Source: Bacillota bacterium (GTDB lineage Bacteria; Bacillota; Clostridia; Lachnospirales; Lachnospiraceae). Taken from it: a stretch of 64,000 nt of DNA. The stretch is from contig JAEYSV010000042.1 in the NCBI GenBank assembly GCA_023434365.1, forward strand, positions 23,546-87,545, in the 5' to 3' direction. This document shows, piece by piece, positions 27,477 through 37,764 of this stretch (its first letter is position 1; each line of letters begins with the position of its first letter). The position numbers were made by a program, and so were the translations under genes. The notes below the pieces were generated by a model that had not been told where the DNA came from, did not search any database, and worked only from the letters and a program-made list of their open reading frames with translations.

Positions 27477-28487
27477 GTGAAATATGTTAATTTGGGTAAC
27501 ACCAATGAAAAGGTAAGCGAAGTGTGCCTCGGAGCAATGATGTTAGGAACCGCAATGGATAAGAAATCTTCTTTTCAGGCTCTTGATCACTTTTACGAAA
27601 AATTAGGTGGTAATTTTATTGATACCGCCAATTGTTATACCTGGTGGATTGGAAACGGAGAATTTATCGGTGGCGAAAGTGAGACTATACTGGGAGAATG
27701 GATGAAGGAACGAAAGAACCGAGATCAACTGTTTATTGCTACAAAAGTAGGTGCACGCATAAGCGATCCGAATCGTATCAGATTATCCAATGGCGTAGTA
27801 GAATGGGATCAGATAACTAGTGAATATGAGGGGTTAAAAAAGGAAGTCATTCTTCGTGAAGTTGAAAACAGCTTACGTAGATTAAAAACAGACTTTATAG
27901 ATTTATATTATACACACGTCTATGACAACAACACACCTATTGATGAAACTATGGATGCTCTGAACACTCTGATAAAAGATGGGAAGGTTAGGTATCTTGG
28001 CGCAAGCAATCTATCTACAAACCAACTCCGCAATGCCAATCATGTATGTGAAGATCATAATCTGCAGAAATACAGTGTATTGCAATCTGAATATTCCTAT
28101 ATACATCCTAAGGAAAGAACCACAGCTGACACGGCAGGACACGCCGGAAAAGAAGTATTTGAATATGTATCTACCGAAGGTATGGCTTTTTGTGCCTACT
28201 CACCACTATTAAAAGGAATTTACACCAATACCGATAAAAGAAATCAATACAATAATTGGTCACATTTTGATTCTGAAGAATTCTGTAAGAAATTAGATTT
28301 AGTTGAAAAAATATCAAAAAAACTCAATATAACAGGCAATCAGTTGGTTCTTGCTTGGATGCTGCGTAAGAATCCACGAATTATACCAATCCTCGGATTT
28401 AGTAAAATCGAACAGTACCTTGAAAATGTTCATGCATGTAACATAACTATTCCGGATGAGTATCTAGCTTTGATGGATGCAGAATAA
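27477..28487 (+). CDS. Aldo/keto reductase
   Basis: GTG start after AGGAGG, FIDTANCY, ATKVG, DFIDLYYTH, YSPL. Confidence 0.92.
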   Translation: MKYVNLGNTNEKVSEVCLGAMMLGTAMDKKSSFQALDHFYEKLGGNFIDTANCYTWWIGNGEFIGGESETILGEWMKERKNRDQLFIATKVGARISDPNRIRLSNGVVEWDQITSEYEGLKKEVILREVENSLRRLKTDFIDLYYTHVYDNNTPIDETMDALNTLIKDGKVRYLGASNLSTNQLRNANHVCEDHNLQKYSVLQSEYSYIHPKERTTADTAGHAGKEVFEYVSTEGMAFCAYSPLLKGIYTNTDKRNQYNNWSHFDSEEFCKKLDLVEKISKKLNITGNQLVLAWMLRKNPRIIPILGFSKIEQYLENVHACNITIPDEYLALMDAE

Positions 28488-28538
28488 TGTAGATTCAAAA
28501 GACATTGATATAATTAATAATAATGAGAACGAGGGGAG

Positions 28539-29039
28539 TTGTTAGTTATAAACGAATTTATAAAAAATAATCAAGAACTAATTAAACTGATTGAAGAATG
28601 GGAGCCAAAATTATCGCAGCTTCCAGAAGAACTACTAGCAACAAGAAGAAACAGCCAAAACAGAACAATCAAGCAGATTGTTGGACATATGATTGATTCG
28701 GCTTCAAACAATACCCATAGGATAATCCATCTGCAATATCAAGCCAGTCCTTTGATATTTCCTGACTACGCAAACCTTGGTAATAATGATAGATGGATTG
28801 CAATACAGAACTATCAAGATGAAGATTGGTATAACCTGGTCCAGTTATGGAAATATTCCAATACTCATATAGTCCATGTTATAAACAACGTATCTATGGA
28901 TAAATTGGATAATGTATGGATAAGTGCACTAAACGACACTATCTCGCTTAATGAAATGATAAATGATTATTTACGTCATATAAGGCTGCATTTGAGTGAA
29001 GTTGATGATCTGATTAATAACAAAGCCAACATCTTTTGA
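28539..29039 (+). CDS. DinB-family protein
   Basis: TIKQIVGHMIDSASNN...DYLRHIRLHL metal-binding His pattern. Confidence 0.82.
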   Translation: MLVINEFIKNNQELIKLIEEWEPKLSQLPEELLATRRNSQNRTIKQIVGHMIDSASNNTHRIIHLQYQASPLIFPDYANLGNNDRWIAIQNYQDEDWYNLVQLWKYSNTHIVHVINNVSMDKLDNVWISALNDTISLNEMINDYLRHIRLHLSEVDDLINNKANIF

Positions 29040-29053
29040 TGTTGGCTTTGTTA
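29018..29053. terminator. Intrinsic terminator overlapping the DinB stop
   Basis: TAACAAAGCCAACATC / GATGTTGGCTTTGTTA 16-bp stem. Confidence 0.75.
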
Positions 29054-29122
29054 AAGTGATTTATGGCCTCAGAGTAAACCACCCGTTTGATGGGGGGTTA
29101 TAATTTTATAGAATATTCCTAA

Positions 29123-29338
29123 CTATAATATAGAATCAATAATTAAAAAAATTATAAACGAGAAGAATACAATAGACAAAACCGCACCCGCGATTTTCGT
29201 TTCTTTTATATACCAGTCAGAAGGTTCGCCCCCGTAGCTCTTCCAACTCTCTGTTATTTTCCAAAAGAGTTCAGGGTTTAAAAACATTAATAAAAACACA
29301 GCAAGCAATAAGATAGATGCAAAGATAGCAATAATCAT
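29123..29338 (-). CDS. Small two-TM membrane protein (DUF6199-like)
   Basis: P..FWKITESWK...EPSDWY between two TMs, GGAGG RBS. Confidence 0.65.
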   Translation of the reverse strand: MIIAIFASILLLAVFLLMFLNPELFWKITESWKSYGGEPSDWYIKETKIAGAVLSIVFFSFIIFLIIDSIL

Positions 29339-29412
29339 AATTTTATTTCCTCCATTCTATATTGTAATAGAAACACTGACACTTTTACAACCTGTCTATC
29401 TTGCCAGCCTTC

Positions 29413-30489
29413 TTATCTAGATAATCTGACTAATAGGTGCGGTCTATCAAAACTATGTAAATTTATTTTGTACTGTTTGCTGATTTCCCTCACAATTTGC
29501 TCATTCTCTTCTAGTACGATTGCGTACACAAGATAGTCATCCCACAACGCGACCTGTTCCTTTGTCGCTTCCGAAAGCAGACTAAACTCGTGTATAAACC
29601 GAGATAGTCCGGCGATTTTTTCAGCCATTTCATTGCCAAGCGCCGTTCTTTCCCATAAAACATCCCCGCGAATTCTATAACTTACCATTTTAAAAACAAG
29701 ATAGAATGGCACGAATGTAAACATATTAACCAATAAAAGACAAGCACATGATTTTACCAAATCAACCACAGATTCTATATCATATAAATCCAAATGAAGG
29801 AATACCCCCCACAAGGATAGGCCAATGACCTCACAAAAAAGAGCAATTGCTATGTATTTCGTTCCGGTATTATCTCTATTCACTGCTTTCTTCTTGATAT
29901 ATCCCAAATGTTCAGCTTCACAAAAACGATTTTGCCTCCACTGCGAAAACGACTTTTTGCTATTCAACTTGCCATTTTTAATATATCTCAACAATTCATT
30001 CTCGCTGTTGTCAAGTTTCTGCGTGTTTTTAGCTGTCACACTTATGCTACCATTCTTCTGAATACATATGGCTTTTTTATTATGCATCCTGAGCAGGGTA
30101 GCCACAACGTCTTTCCTTCCGTAAATATCCAAATCAATCAGCAGACTGGCAAGCGCAGGGTTAATTTCATTTAGGTTGTCTCGGTAATAATCTATGTGCT
30201 GTACAGGAACAAAGGTGGAATCATCGCGTATGCGCCTGGCTTTGCCCATTTGTATACCTAGCGCGACAGCCGCGAGTAGAACTGGAATAATAAGCATCGA
30301 AAGTATAAAATAAGATAAGGCCAATGCAAGTGTATATGTCTCTAACGCGGTCCAATCGTCAAAGATTCCGATGGAAAAACTAAAGAACAGGACAAAAACA
30401 TAAGAGCATACAATGACCGCAAGGAAAACCAATATATTTTTCCGTTTTTGCCGTTTACTAAGTTTTGTCTTAAATCTTACCTTTGTCAT
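29413..30489 (-). CDS. DUF2207-like membrane protein
   Basis: Multi-TM, ATLLRM, WDDYLVYAIVL tail. Adjacent to lemA. Confidence 0.7.
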   Translation of the reverse strand: MTKVRFKTKLSKRQKRKNILVFLAVIVCSYVFVLFFSFSIGIFDDWTALETYTLALALSYFILSMLIIPVLLAAVALGIQMGKARRIRDDSTFVPVQHIDYYRDNLNEINPALASLLIDLDIYGRKDVVATLLRMHNKKAICIQKNGSISVTAKNTQKLDNSENELLRYIKNGKLNSKKSFSQWRQNRFCEAEHLGYIKKKAVNRDNTGTKYIAIALFCEVIGLSLWGVFLHLDLYDIESVVDLVKSCACLLLVNMFTFVPFYLVFKMVSYRIRGDVLWERTALGNEMAEKIAGLSRFIHEFSLLSEATKEQVALWDDYLVYAIVLEENEQIVREISKQYKINLHSFDRPHLLVRLSR

Positions 30490-30501
30490 ATAAACACCTC
30501 A

Positions 30502-31062
30502 TTAAAAGTTGATTTTCATGTCACCCTTTTTGTCTTCAGCGGGCATAAAATATAATTCATCTTGAAAATGAAACACTTTCGCAATAACACATGAGGGAAA
30601 CTGGTGAATCATATCTTTATAAATAAGTACCGTGTCATTGTAAAACTGGCGAGCATAAGCAATTTTGTCTTCTGTTTCATTTAAACTGGTTTGCAAATTA
30701 ATATAACTTATATTCGCTTTTAAATCTGGATAAGATTCAGCAACTGCAATCAAGCGCAACAACTGACCCGAAAGCTGGTCATTAGCGGTTATCGCCTCCA
30801 TCGGCGAAGGTGCTGATTCAACCGCGTTTCTTGCGGCAGCAACTTTTTCAAAAATTTCCTTTTCGTGAGAAGCATATCCCTTAACCGTTTCCACCAGATT
30901 AGGTATCAGGTCCGTACGACGTGTAAGCTGGACATCAATTTGAGCCCATTGTGTGTTCACACGGTTGAGCCCCTTTACAAGCTTGTTATAGGCATGTATG
31001 CTATAGAAACCAAGCAGGGCTGCAATAAAAATAATGACTCCAGTAATAATATAACCTTCCAT
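30502..31062 (-). CDS. lemA: LemA family protein
   Basis: YNKLV...WAQIDVQLTRRTDLIPNLVETVKGYASHE, ESYPDLKAN, RQFYN. Confidence 0.93.
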   Translation of the reverse strand: MEGYIITGVIIFIAALLGFYSIHAYNKLVKGLNRVNTQWAQIDVQLTRRTDLIPNLVETVKGYASHEKEIFEKVAAARNAVESAPSPMEAITANDQLSGQLLRLIAVAESYPDLKANISYINLQTSLNETEDKIAYARQFYNDTVLIYKDMIHQFPSCVIAKVFHFQDELYFMPAEDKKGDMKINF

Positions 31063-31178
31063 GAAAACCTCCATTTTGTAGCCAAATTGATGGCATGATT
31101 TTTTTAACTTTTGTCTAACCTTTGGGTATCGGTTCAACCATATGTAAGAATAAATGGGTGCATTACAACTAAAGGAAT

Positions 31179-31823
31179 TTACTGTATAATTGAATGACTA
31201 TGAATATAAAATTCTTCCTGACTTGGCTGGAATTTCTTTTCCATTTTTTCCAGACTCCCATCAAAGTGAGCGACTTCTTCTTCGTCGATCTTCATCACAG
31301 GGCTGTCATAATAAACCCATTTCCTCCCATCCAAAGCTTGCGGCTTCAGTTCTTTTACCATCATTGCTGCTGGGAATGTTTCATTCTCAAGACAGATATT
31401 GTTCTTTTTACAACTCTTAAAGCCAAGGCTCACATAATTGCTTGGGTTTCCAAATATTACAATCACATCATAACCAAGTGAAACCGCCTGTTCAAAAGAA
31501 TGCTTTATAAGCATTTTCCCGTAACCCATTCTTTGGTATTCCGGAATAATGCAAACCGGACCGAAGGTAAGGATTTCTTTTTCTTCCCCTGACTCATCAA
31601 CAAGTTTTGCTTTTGTGTACATTATATTCCCGATTATCTGATTATCAACTTCAATCACCAGATCTAACTCCGGCACAAAGTCCTTGTGGGATCGCATAAC
31701 ATGAACTAAATAGTGTTCATTGCACCCTGGAATATATAAGTTCCAAAAAGATTTCCTCGTGATTTCTTCTACTCTCTCATAATCTGTTTCTTTTTCATTC
31801 CTAATTGTAACTATTTTGTTCAT
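31179..31823 (-). CDS. GNAT N-acetyltransferase (YhbS-like)
   Basis: FGPVCIIPEYQRMGYG, FGNPSNY..LGF. Confidence 0.88.
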   Translation of the reverse strand: MNKIVTIRNEKETDYERVEEITRKSFWNLYIPGCNEHYLVHVMRSHKDFVPELDLVIEVDNQIIGNIMYTKAKLVDESGEEKEILTFGPVCIIPEYQRMGYGKMLIKHSFEQAVSLGYDVIVIFGNPSNYVSLGFKSCKKNNICLENETFPAAMMVKELKPQALDGRKWVYYDSPVMKIDEEEVAHFDGSLEKMEKKFQPSQEEFYIHSHSIIQ

Positions 31824-32038
31824 TGAAACCTCCTAGTCTATCACACTTTGCTTTTATTATACATCATTTATCAGAATGTTCCCAGTATTATACAAAAAAA
31901 CTAAGTCTATGTGCCATTTTACTGACTCATACTTTTCCTCTAATAGTATGATATTTTTCGTAACCCTCTCATTACCACTTGGTCTATGTAGTTAATTTTT
32001 ACCCCGGGTAAATATAAACACTATATATACATTTAGAA

Positions 32039-32079
32039 TAGACCTAGAAACCAGCTTTATAAGCTATTCTCTAGGTCTA
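32039..32079. terminator. Intrinsic terminator after pirin
   Basis: TAGACCTAGA / TCTAGGTCTA. Confidence 0.6.
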
Positions 32080-32157
32080 CTAAATAAATTGATAAAATTA
32101 ATCAACTCCTCCTTAATAGTGGCTGACACTATTATTGCTTTTTACTCCTTCGCGTTA

Positions 32158-32997
32158 TTAATACGAAATCTCATTTTGTAAAAAAGTCCCCTTTTTCAGG
32201 TCGTCAAAAGCTTTATTCAACTCTTCTTTCGAGTTCATGACAATTGGGCCACCCCAAAATATTGGTTCATTCAAGAGTTTTGAACTAATAAATAATACTT
32301 GGGCATTCTTGTCTGTTGCTTTTATCTCAACAAAATCACCAGAGCACAGTTTTACTGCTGTCTTTTCCTTGATCAGATCACCTGTGATATACGCATCCCC
32401 TAAGAGGGTGAACACCATAACAGATCGTTCGCTATCAGTATTCACAACTACAGAAGCATTAGGGTCAAGGTGAATATCATAGTAGTCCAAAGGTAAATAT
32501 TTGCTTTCATATCCTTTTCTTCCTTCAAACTCACCTGCGAGAATTCTCAGTTTTCCGTTTGAAATCTCAACTTCTTCAATTTCAGAATTCTTGATACTGT
32601 GATAAGCCGGAGGAACCATTTTATCCTTTGCCGGAAGATTAAGCCAAAGCTGCACACCGAGCAATCTTTCAGCTGCTGGCAGCTTTTCTTCATGCAATAT
32701 TCCGGAGCCTGCCGTCATCCACTGGACTTCCCCTTCCCCAATGGTATCCTCATTGCCTAAGCTGTCCCTATGAGTCATATATCCACGATACACATAGCTA
32801 ATCGTTTCGATACCTCTGTGTGGATGGGTAGGAAATCCGGCTGTATACTCATCGGGATTTGTACTGTCAAAAGAATCGAGCATTAAAATCGGATCGTATT
32901 CATGAACCGTTTCATATCCCAAAACTCTGACCAGTTTAACTCCTGCACCGTCCTGTGTTTTATATCCTTTCACCTGTTGCATAATTCTTCTTTCCAT
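32158..32997 (-). CDS. Pirin family protein
   Basis: DGAGV, HPHRGIET, QWMTAGSGILHEE, QLWLNLP, GPIVMN. Confidence 0.95.
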   Translation of the reverse strand: MERRIMQQVKGYKTQDGAGVKLVRVLGYETVHEYDPILMLDSFDSTNPDEYTAGFPTHPHRGIETISYVYRGYMTHRDSLGNEDTIGEGEVQWMTAGSGILHEEKLPAAERLLGVQLWLNLPAKDKMVPPAYHSIKNSEIEEVEISNGKLRILAGEFEGRKGYESKYLPLDYYDIHLDPNASVVVNTDSERSVMVFTLLGDAYITGDLIKEKTAVKLCSGDFVEIKATDKNAQVLFISSKLLNEPIFWGGPIVMNSKEELNKAFDDLKKGTFLQNEISY

Positions 32998-33090
32998 GTA
33001 TTTTCACTCCCTTATGATTTTGCAGTATATTGGTAGTATCTACTTTAAATAGCTTATCTTATTCCCAAGGGTAAACAGTCATTCACAATT

Positions 33091-33159
33091 ACAGTTGATA
33101 GTAAGGCTGTGGGAGAGAAAATCGTTAAGGATTTGGGATTAGATGAAATTCACTCTGCA
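33091..33159 (+). repeat. Degenerate copy of an internal cadA segment (matches 45159-45227)
   Basis: acagttgatagtaaggctgtgggagagaaaatcgttaaggatttgggattagatgaa aligns ungapped to accggtgacaataaggctgtgggagaaaaaatcggcaaggatttgggattagatgaa. 11 mismatches in 69 bp by hand count. Confidence 0.8.
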
Positions 33160-33249
33160 ATCAAATTAATGTTAATAAATGATAAACAATCTCGCTGCAT
33201 TTTTCCAAATCAAATATACTACTATATTCATCACAAGAATGAACTTGAT

Positions 33250-33657
33250 TCATGCCACAGGCGATAACGATTCCCCTAATACCATGTTTATGAAAATTAT
33301 TATTATCACTTCCACCGAAAGTCTCAATAAATTCAGCAACGCTCCTAATATTGTTGTTCCATCACTTGTAATCCTTCCATCTTCATGGAAAATTGCCTTC
33401 TTCCCCCGTCCGGGTTCAACAGTATCCATATGTGCTGACAAAAGTATCGGCTCTCCGGGAAGTTCACCTGACAGGATACCATAGAGATTCCCACAATTAC
33501 CATTGTATTCAATACCTGCATCGTCCTCATATACTTCGAACCCAAGTTTCTTCAGAATTGGCATCAAATAATCTGCCATTTCTCTTTCCCTAAAGGAAAG
33601 GGAGTCAATTTCATTCAATTTACGAAATTCTTCTTTTAATCGTTCACAATTCATCAT
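33250..33657 (-). pseudogene. Truncated M20 peptidase (peptidase T-like), N-terminal part only
   Basis: LSAHMDTV..SDGTTILGA, then similarity stops (~33340) just before the expected DDK metal ligands, followed by an unrelated hydrophobic tail. Confidence 0.85.
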
Positions 33658-33682
33658 AACATTCCCTCTTCAGTGAATTATA

Positions 33683-34060
33683 CTATTTCTTATCAATATG
33701 GAATATTCCGATTTCCTTATAGTGCTCAATTTTATAATTAACAATATTAAGACTACTATCTAAATTCGCCATTTGTTCATGAATTCTTGTTCGGTGCCTT
33801 ATCAACAACTCTCTTCTCTCCTCTATCGAATCCTTACCCTTAAGACACAGTCGCATAAATTCTTTGATTTCCTGTAAAGGCATACCGGAATTCCTTAAAC
33901 AGCAGATTAAGTTAATCCACTCCAAATCATCTTCGGAGAATTGGCGGATACCACTTTGTGTTCTTGTGATAAATGGTATCAGTCCTTCTCTGTCATAATA
34001 TCTTATAGTATGCTCAGTTAACTTTGTTTTTTCTGAAATTTGCTTGATTGTAAACATCAT
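33683..34060 (-). CDS. MerR-family regulator (AdhR-like)
   Basis: TIRYYDREGLI, R.FSEDDL, ICCLRNSGM with conserved Cys. Divergent from Fe-ADH. Confidence 0.92.
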   Translation of the reverse strand: MMFTIKQISEKTKLTEHTIRYYDREGLIPFITRTQSGIRQFSEDDLEWINLICCLRNSGMPLQEIKEFMRLCLKGKDSIEERRELLIRHRTRIHEQMANLDSSLNIVNYKIEHYKEIGIFHIDKK

Positions 34061-34136
34061 TCTCCCTCAATCATTCTATTCATAGGTTTTGTGTTAAAAA
34101 CATTTTAACATAGTTTAGATATTTTTCAATAATTGC

Positions 34137-34167
34137 TTGACTTTGAGTCAACTCTAAGGAATATAGT
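34137..34167 (+). promoter_or_regulatory. MerR-type promoter/operator for the ADH-AKR operon
   Basis: TTGACT-19 bp-TATAGT with dyad GAGT-CA-ACTC in the spacer. Confidence 0.8.
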
Positions 34168-34202
34168 TAATTTAGACAAAGAATTGAAAGGAGTATTGAA
34201 TT

Positions 34203-35372
34203 ATGAATTTTAATTATTTCGTACCAACGAAAATATTATTTGGAAATGGAAAGTTGAGCGAACTCCACAAGGAGTCTTTACCGGGGAAAAAGGCCTTAAT
34301 TGTTATTTCTTCAGGTAAATCAATGAGAGCAAATGGATACTTGCAAAAAGTGGAAGAACAACTTCGTTTAGGTGGTGTTCAATCCGTTGTTTTTGATAAA
34401 ATATTACCAAACCCTATAAAAAGCCATGTCATGGAAGGTGCTGCATTGGCAAAACAGGAGCAATGTGATTTTGTAGTCGGATTAGGCGGAGGCAGCAGTA
34501 TTGATGCAGCGAAATCCATCGCTGTGATGGCGACAAATGAAGGCGATTACTGGGATTATGTAGGAGGTGGCAGCGGAAAAGCTCTTCCCGTACCAAACGA
34601 TCCTCTACCGATTGTAGCAATTACAACCACAGCCGGTACCGGTACCGAAGCTGATCCCTGGACTGTTATTACCAAGGATGACACGAATGAAAAGATTGGT
34701 TTCGGTTATGCCAAAACCTTTCCCGTATTATCCGTAGTTGATCCTGAATTAATGTTAACAGTTCCTCCTCATTTAACTGCTTATCAGGGCTTTGATGCGT
34801 TGTTCCATAGTACAGAAGGGTATATTAATATCACTGCCAATACGATGAGCGATCTCTACAGTTTGAAAGCAATCGAGCTGTTAGCGAAAAATCTTCCAGA
34901 TGCCGTGAAGGATAGTTCCAATCTTGATGCCAGAGAAAAGGTTGCACTCGGGAATACACTTGCGGGTATGGTGGAATCCACTTCCGGATGTACCTCCGAG
35001 CATTCTCTTGAACATGCGATGAGTGCCTATCATCCTGAATTACCACATGGCGCCGGTCTTATCATGATCAGTAAGGAGTACTTTAGCTTCTTTGCGAAAA
35101 AGCAAGTGTGTAATGCTCGTATGATCGATATGGCGAAAGCTATGGGTAATAAAAACGCGAATGATCCAATGGATTTTGTAGAAGCACTGGTCGATTTACA
35201 AAAGGCATGTAATGTTCATGAACTTAAGATGTCTGATTATGGCATTAGCAAGGAAGAGATTCCTACCTTAGCCCAAAATGCATTTAAGACCATGGGTGGC
35301 TTATTTGAAGTAGATCCTGCTCCGGTATCTCTCGAAGATTGTATTGCGATTTATGAAGCCTCCTACCGATAG
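34203..35372 (+). CDS. Iron-containing alcohol dehydrogenase
   Basis: GLGGGSSIDAAK, TTAGTGTE, DALFHSTE, HSLEH, HGAGL. Confidence 0.95.
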   Translation: MNFNYFVPTKILFGNGKLSELHKESLPGKKALIVISSGKSMRANGYLQKVEEQLRLGGVQSVVFDKILPNPIKSHVMEGAALAKQEQCDFVVGLGGGSSIDAAKSIAVMATNEGDYWDYVGGGSGKALPVPNDPLPIVAITTTAGTGTEADPWTVITKDDTNEKIGFGYAKTFPVLSVVDPELMLTVPPHLTAYQGFDALFHSTEGYINITANTMSDLYSLKAIELLAKNLPDAVKDSSNLDAREKVALGNTLAGMVESTSGCTSEHSLEHAMSAYHPELPHGAGLIMISKEYFSFFAKKQVCNARMIDMAKAMGNKNANDPMDFVEALVDLQKACNVHELKMSDYGISKEEIPTLAQNAFKTMGGLFEVDPAPVSLEDCIAIYEASYR

Positions 35373-35406
35373 TAGATAGTGTGAGATAAGAAAGGAAAGA
35401 TAAAAC

Positions 35407-36324
35407 ATGAAAAAAATCAATCTTGGTAACAGTAGTCTTCAGGTACCAAATGTAGCTGTTGGCTGTATGCGAATTAATAGTATTACTCCTCAGAAGGCTG
35501 AAGCGTTTGTACAAAAATCATTGGAGTTGGGAGCTAATTTCTTTGACCATGCGGATGTGTATGGCGGGGGTGAATGTGAGAGGATTTTTGCAGATGCAAT
35601 TCATATGTCACCTCAGGTTCGTGAAAATATCATCCTTCAGTCCAAATGCGGTATACGCTCCGGCATGTTTGATTTTTCAAAAGAACATATTTTAACTTCT
35701 GTTGACGGGATCTTAAAAAGATTAAAGACTGACTATCTAGATGTACTATTACTACACAGACCGGATGCTTTAGTTGAGCCCGAGGAAGTAGCAGCAGCAT
35801 TTGATGAACTTGAGACATCCGGTAAGGTTCGTCACTTTGGTGTATCAAATCAAAAGCCGATGCAGATTATGCTTTTACAAAAGTTTGTAAAACAACCAAT
35901 CATAGCAAATCAATTACAGTTAAGTATAACCAATGCAACCATGATTGGTAATGGACTCGAGGTGAATATGCTTACCGATAATGCAATCGATCGTGATGGA
36001 AGTATTCTTGATTATTGCAGAGTTCATGACATTACCATTCAACCTTGGTCTCCGTTCCAGTATGGCTTCTTTGAGGGAGTATTCCTGGATAATGATAAGT
36101 TTCCTGAGCTAAATAGAACTGTAAATCAAATCGCGGAAAAATACAGTGTTACAAATACAACAATTGCAATTGCCTGGCTCCTTCGCCATCCTGCTAATAT
36201 GCAGCCGGTAATAGGAACTATGAATCAAAATCGCTTGGAGGAAATCTGTATGGCCTCTGAAATCTATCTGACAAAGGAAGAATGGTATCAGATCTATATT
36301 GCCGCAGGAAACAAATTACCATAA
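35407..36324 (+). CDS. Aldo/keto reductase (YdhF/YcsN-like)
   Basis: GCMR, FFDHADVYG, QSKCG, LLHRPD, WSPF. Confidence 0.94.
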   Translation: MKKINLGNSSLQVPNVAVGCMRINSITPQKAEAFVQKSLELGANFFDHADVYGGGECERIFADAIHMSPQVRENIILQSKCGIRSGMFDFSKEHILTSVDGILKRLKTDYLDVLLLHRPDALVEPEEVAAAFDELETSGKVRHFGVSNQKPMQIMLLQKFVKQPIIANQLQLSITNATMIGNGLEVNMLTDNAIDRDGSILDYCRVHDITIQPWSPFQYGFFEGVFLDNDKFPELNRTVNQIAEKYSVTNTTIAIAWLLRHPANMQPVIGTMNQNRLEEICMASEIYLTKEEWYQIYIAAGNKLP

Positions 36325-36416
36325 AATGAATCCTCTGTATTTATAACCGGCATAGATTGTAATGACATGCCTTCAGATTGTGTTAATCTGATACAGGCTA
36401 ATACATTAAGTATAAG

Positions 36417-36459
36417 AGCGACGGCACCCTAAGAAACTCTCCCTTAGGGTGCCGTCGCT
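36417..36459. terminator. Bidirectional intrinsic terminator between convergent genes
   Basis: 17-bp stem AGCGACGGCACCCTAAG / CTTAGGGTGCCGTCGCT. Confidence 0.85.
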
Positions 36460-36489
36460 TTACTTTATTAGAAAGCTGTCTCTCTCGTA

Positions 36490-37098
36490 CTAAGCCTTTT
36501 CAATTGGTAACCATAACTCGCAATAACTTTCTGTGATATCCTCTTCACAAGGTGGAGCATACATTTCAACATTATAGTTTCCAACAAGCTTATAGTCCTT
36601 ACAGTTAGGCAACCATTCCCTCCACATCTTCGTATTGGTATCCTGTATATTCTTCATCTTGCAAGGAAATACAGCCCATGTCCCGGCAGGAAGCGTTCTG
36701 GTCTCATATCCATCTGGAACATCCTTCCATGGCAAATAATTATCTGCTATCAGATAATCAAACTTCGAACCATCAGAATCAATACAAAGTCCAAACATCC
36801 CACAAACAATCTTACTTCCTCCATCTGTCATATGTTCTTTCCAAAACTTCGGAATCTCTTGTAATGCAACATCAATTACTTTTGCATCGCTACCTGCCAG
36901 CTCTCTTGCCGCTAACGACAGTCTTCTGTTACGAATATATTCTGCAACACTAAATCCACACAACACAGAAAAAATACGCTGAAAATGAAACTCTGATACA
37001 TATGCTTTTTCAGCTATATCCTTTATCTGAATGTCCTCTGTTAGATTTTGTTCCCTATATTCGATAGCGTTTTGCAAGCCCTCTGTCCAAGCACTCAT
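36490..37098 (-). pseudogene. AraC-GyrI regulator with an in-frame internal deletion of the second HTH
   Basis: ...AKVIDVAL|QEIPKFW...; the GY.S..SF.RAF segment seen in the 19925 paralog is missing. 202 aa versus 290 aa. Confidence 0.8.
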
Positions 37099-37215
37099 GG
37101 AATCACTCCTTCTTGACTGTAAGTCAATTATAATACTATCACTAATAACCTTCCCGACTTTTCTTGCTTAGAATTGTAGGATGATAAATTATGTTTATCC
37201 AATAATATATAATAC

Positions 37216-37692
37216 CTATTTCACTGTTTTGTTAATAAAATCAATTTCATACTGCTTATCCCCGTATTTTTCATCGTGATCAATAATCATACCTTCTGTG
37301 AGGGTGATACGCAAAACGATTGAGTTTGGATTCTCCTCATCGCCAACTTCATCGAACCAGTTAAAGATTTGTTTAAATTTAGCTCTGATTATCGCATTCT
37401 TCTCATCCTTAACCCAACCGAGATTCTCAGCAATACCCTGGAAAGTGTACCAACCTAACCCACAGACAGAAACCTCGTTGTTCTTCTCAATTTGTAGCAT
37501 TTTATTCTTAGTTGCATCTGTTGAAACATAGAATACGCCGTTTTCATAATAGGCGCAAACCATACGGACCGCAGGGCGAGGACTGCCGGCCATGTTCGGC
37601 GATAATGACATTGTCGCAAGTGCAATCACTTCCTCTTTACCATTTCCACATAGTTCCTCCATAAGTTTCATCGCATTCTCGTATTTGCTCAT
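37216..37692 (-). CDS. Pyridoxamine 5'-phosphate oxidase-like (split-barrel flavin-binding) protein
   Basis: ALAT...PAVRMV..Y....FYVST...KM.QIEKN.EV. Confidence 0.8.
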   Translation of the reverse strand: MSKYENAMKLMEELCGNGKEEVIALATMSLSPNMAGSPRPAVRMVCAYYENGVFYVSTDATKNKMLQIEKNNEVSVCGLGWYTFQGIAENLGWVKDEKNAIIRAKFKQIFNWFDEVGDEENPNSIVLRITLTEGMIIDHDEKYGDKQYEIDFINKTVK

Positions 37693-37764
37693 ATGTAAAT
37701 TTCTCCTTCCAAATTATATGTGCTGTAACTATATTCAAACCTCTCGTAACGTTCCAGGGGCTTA

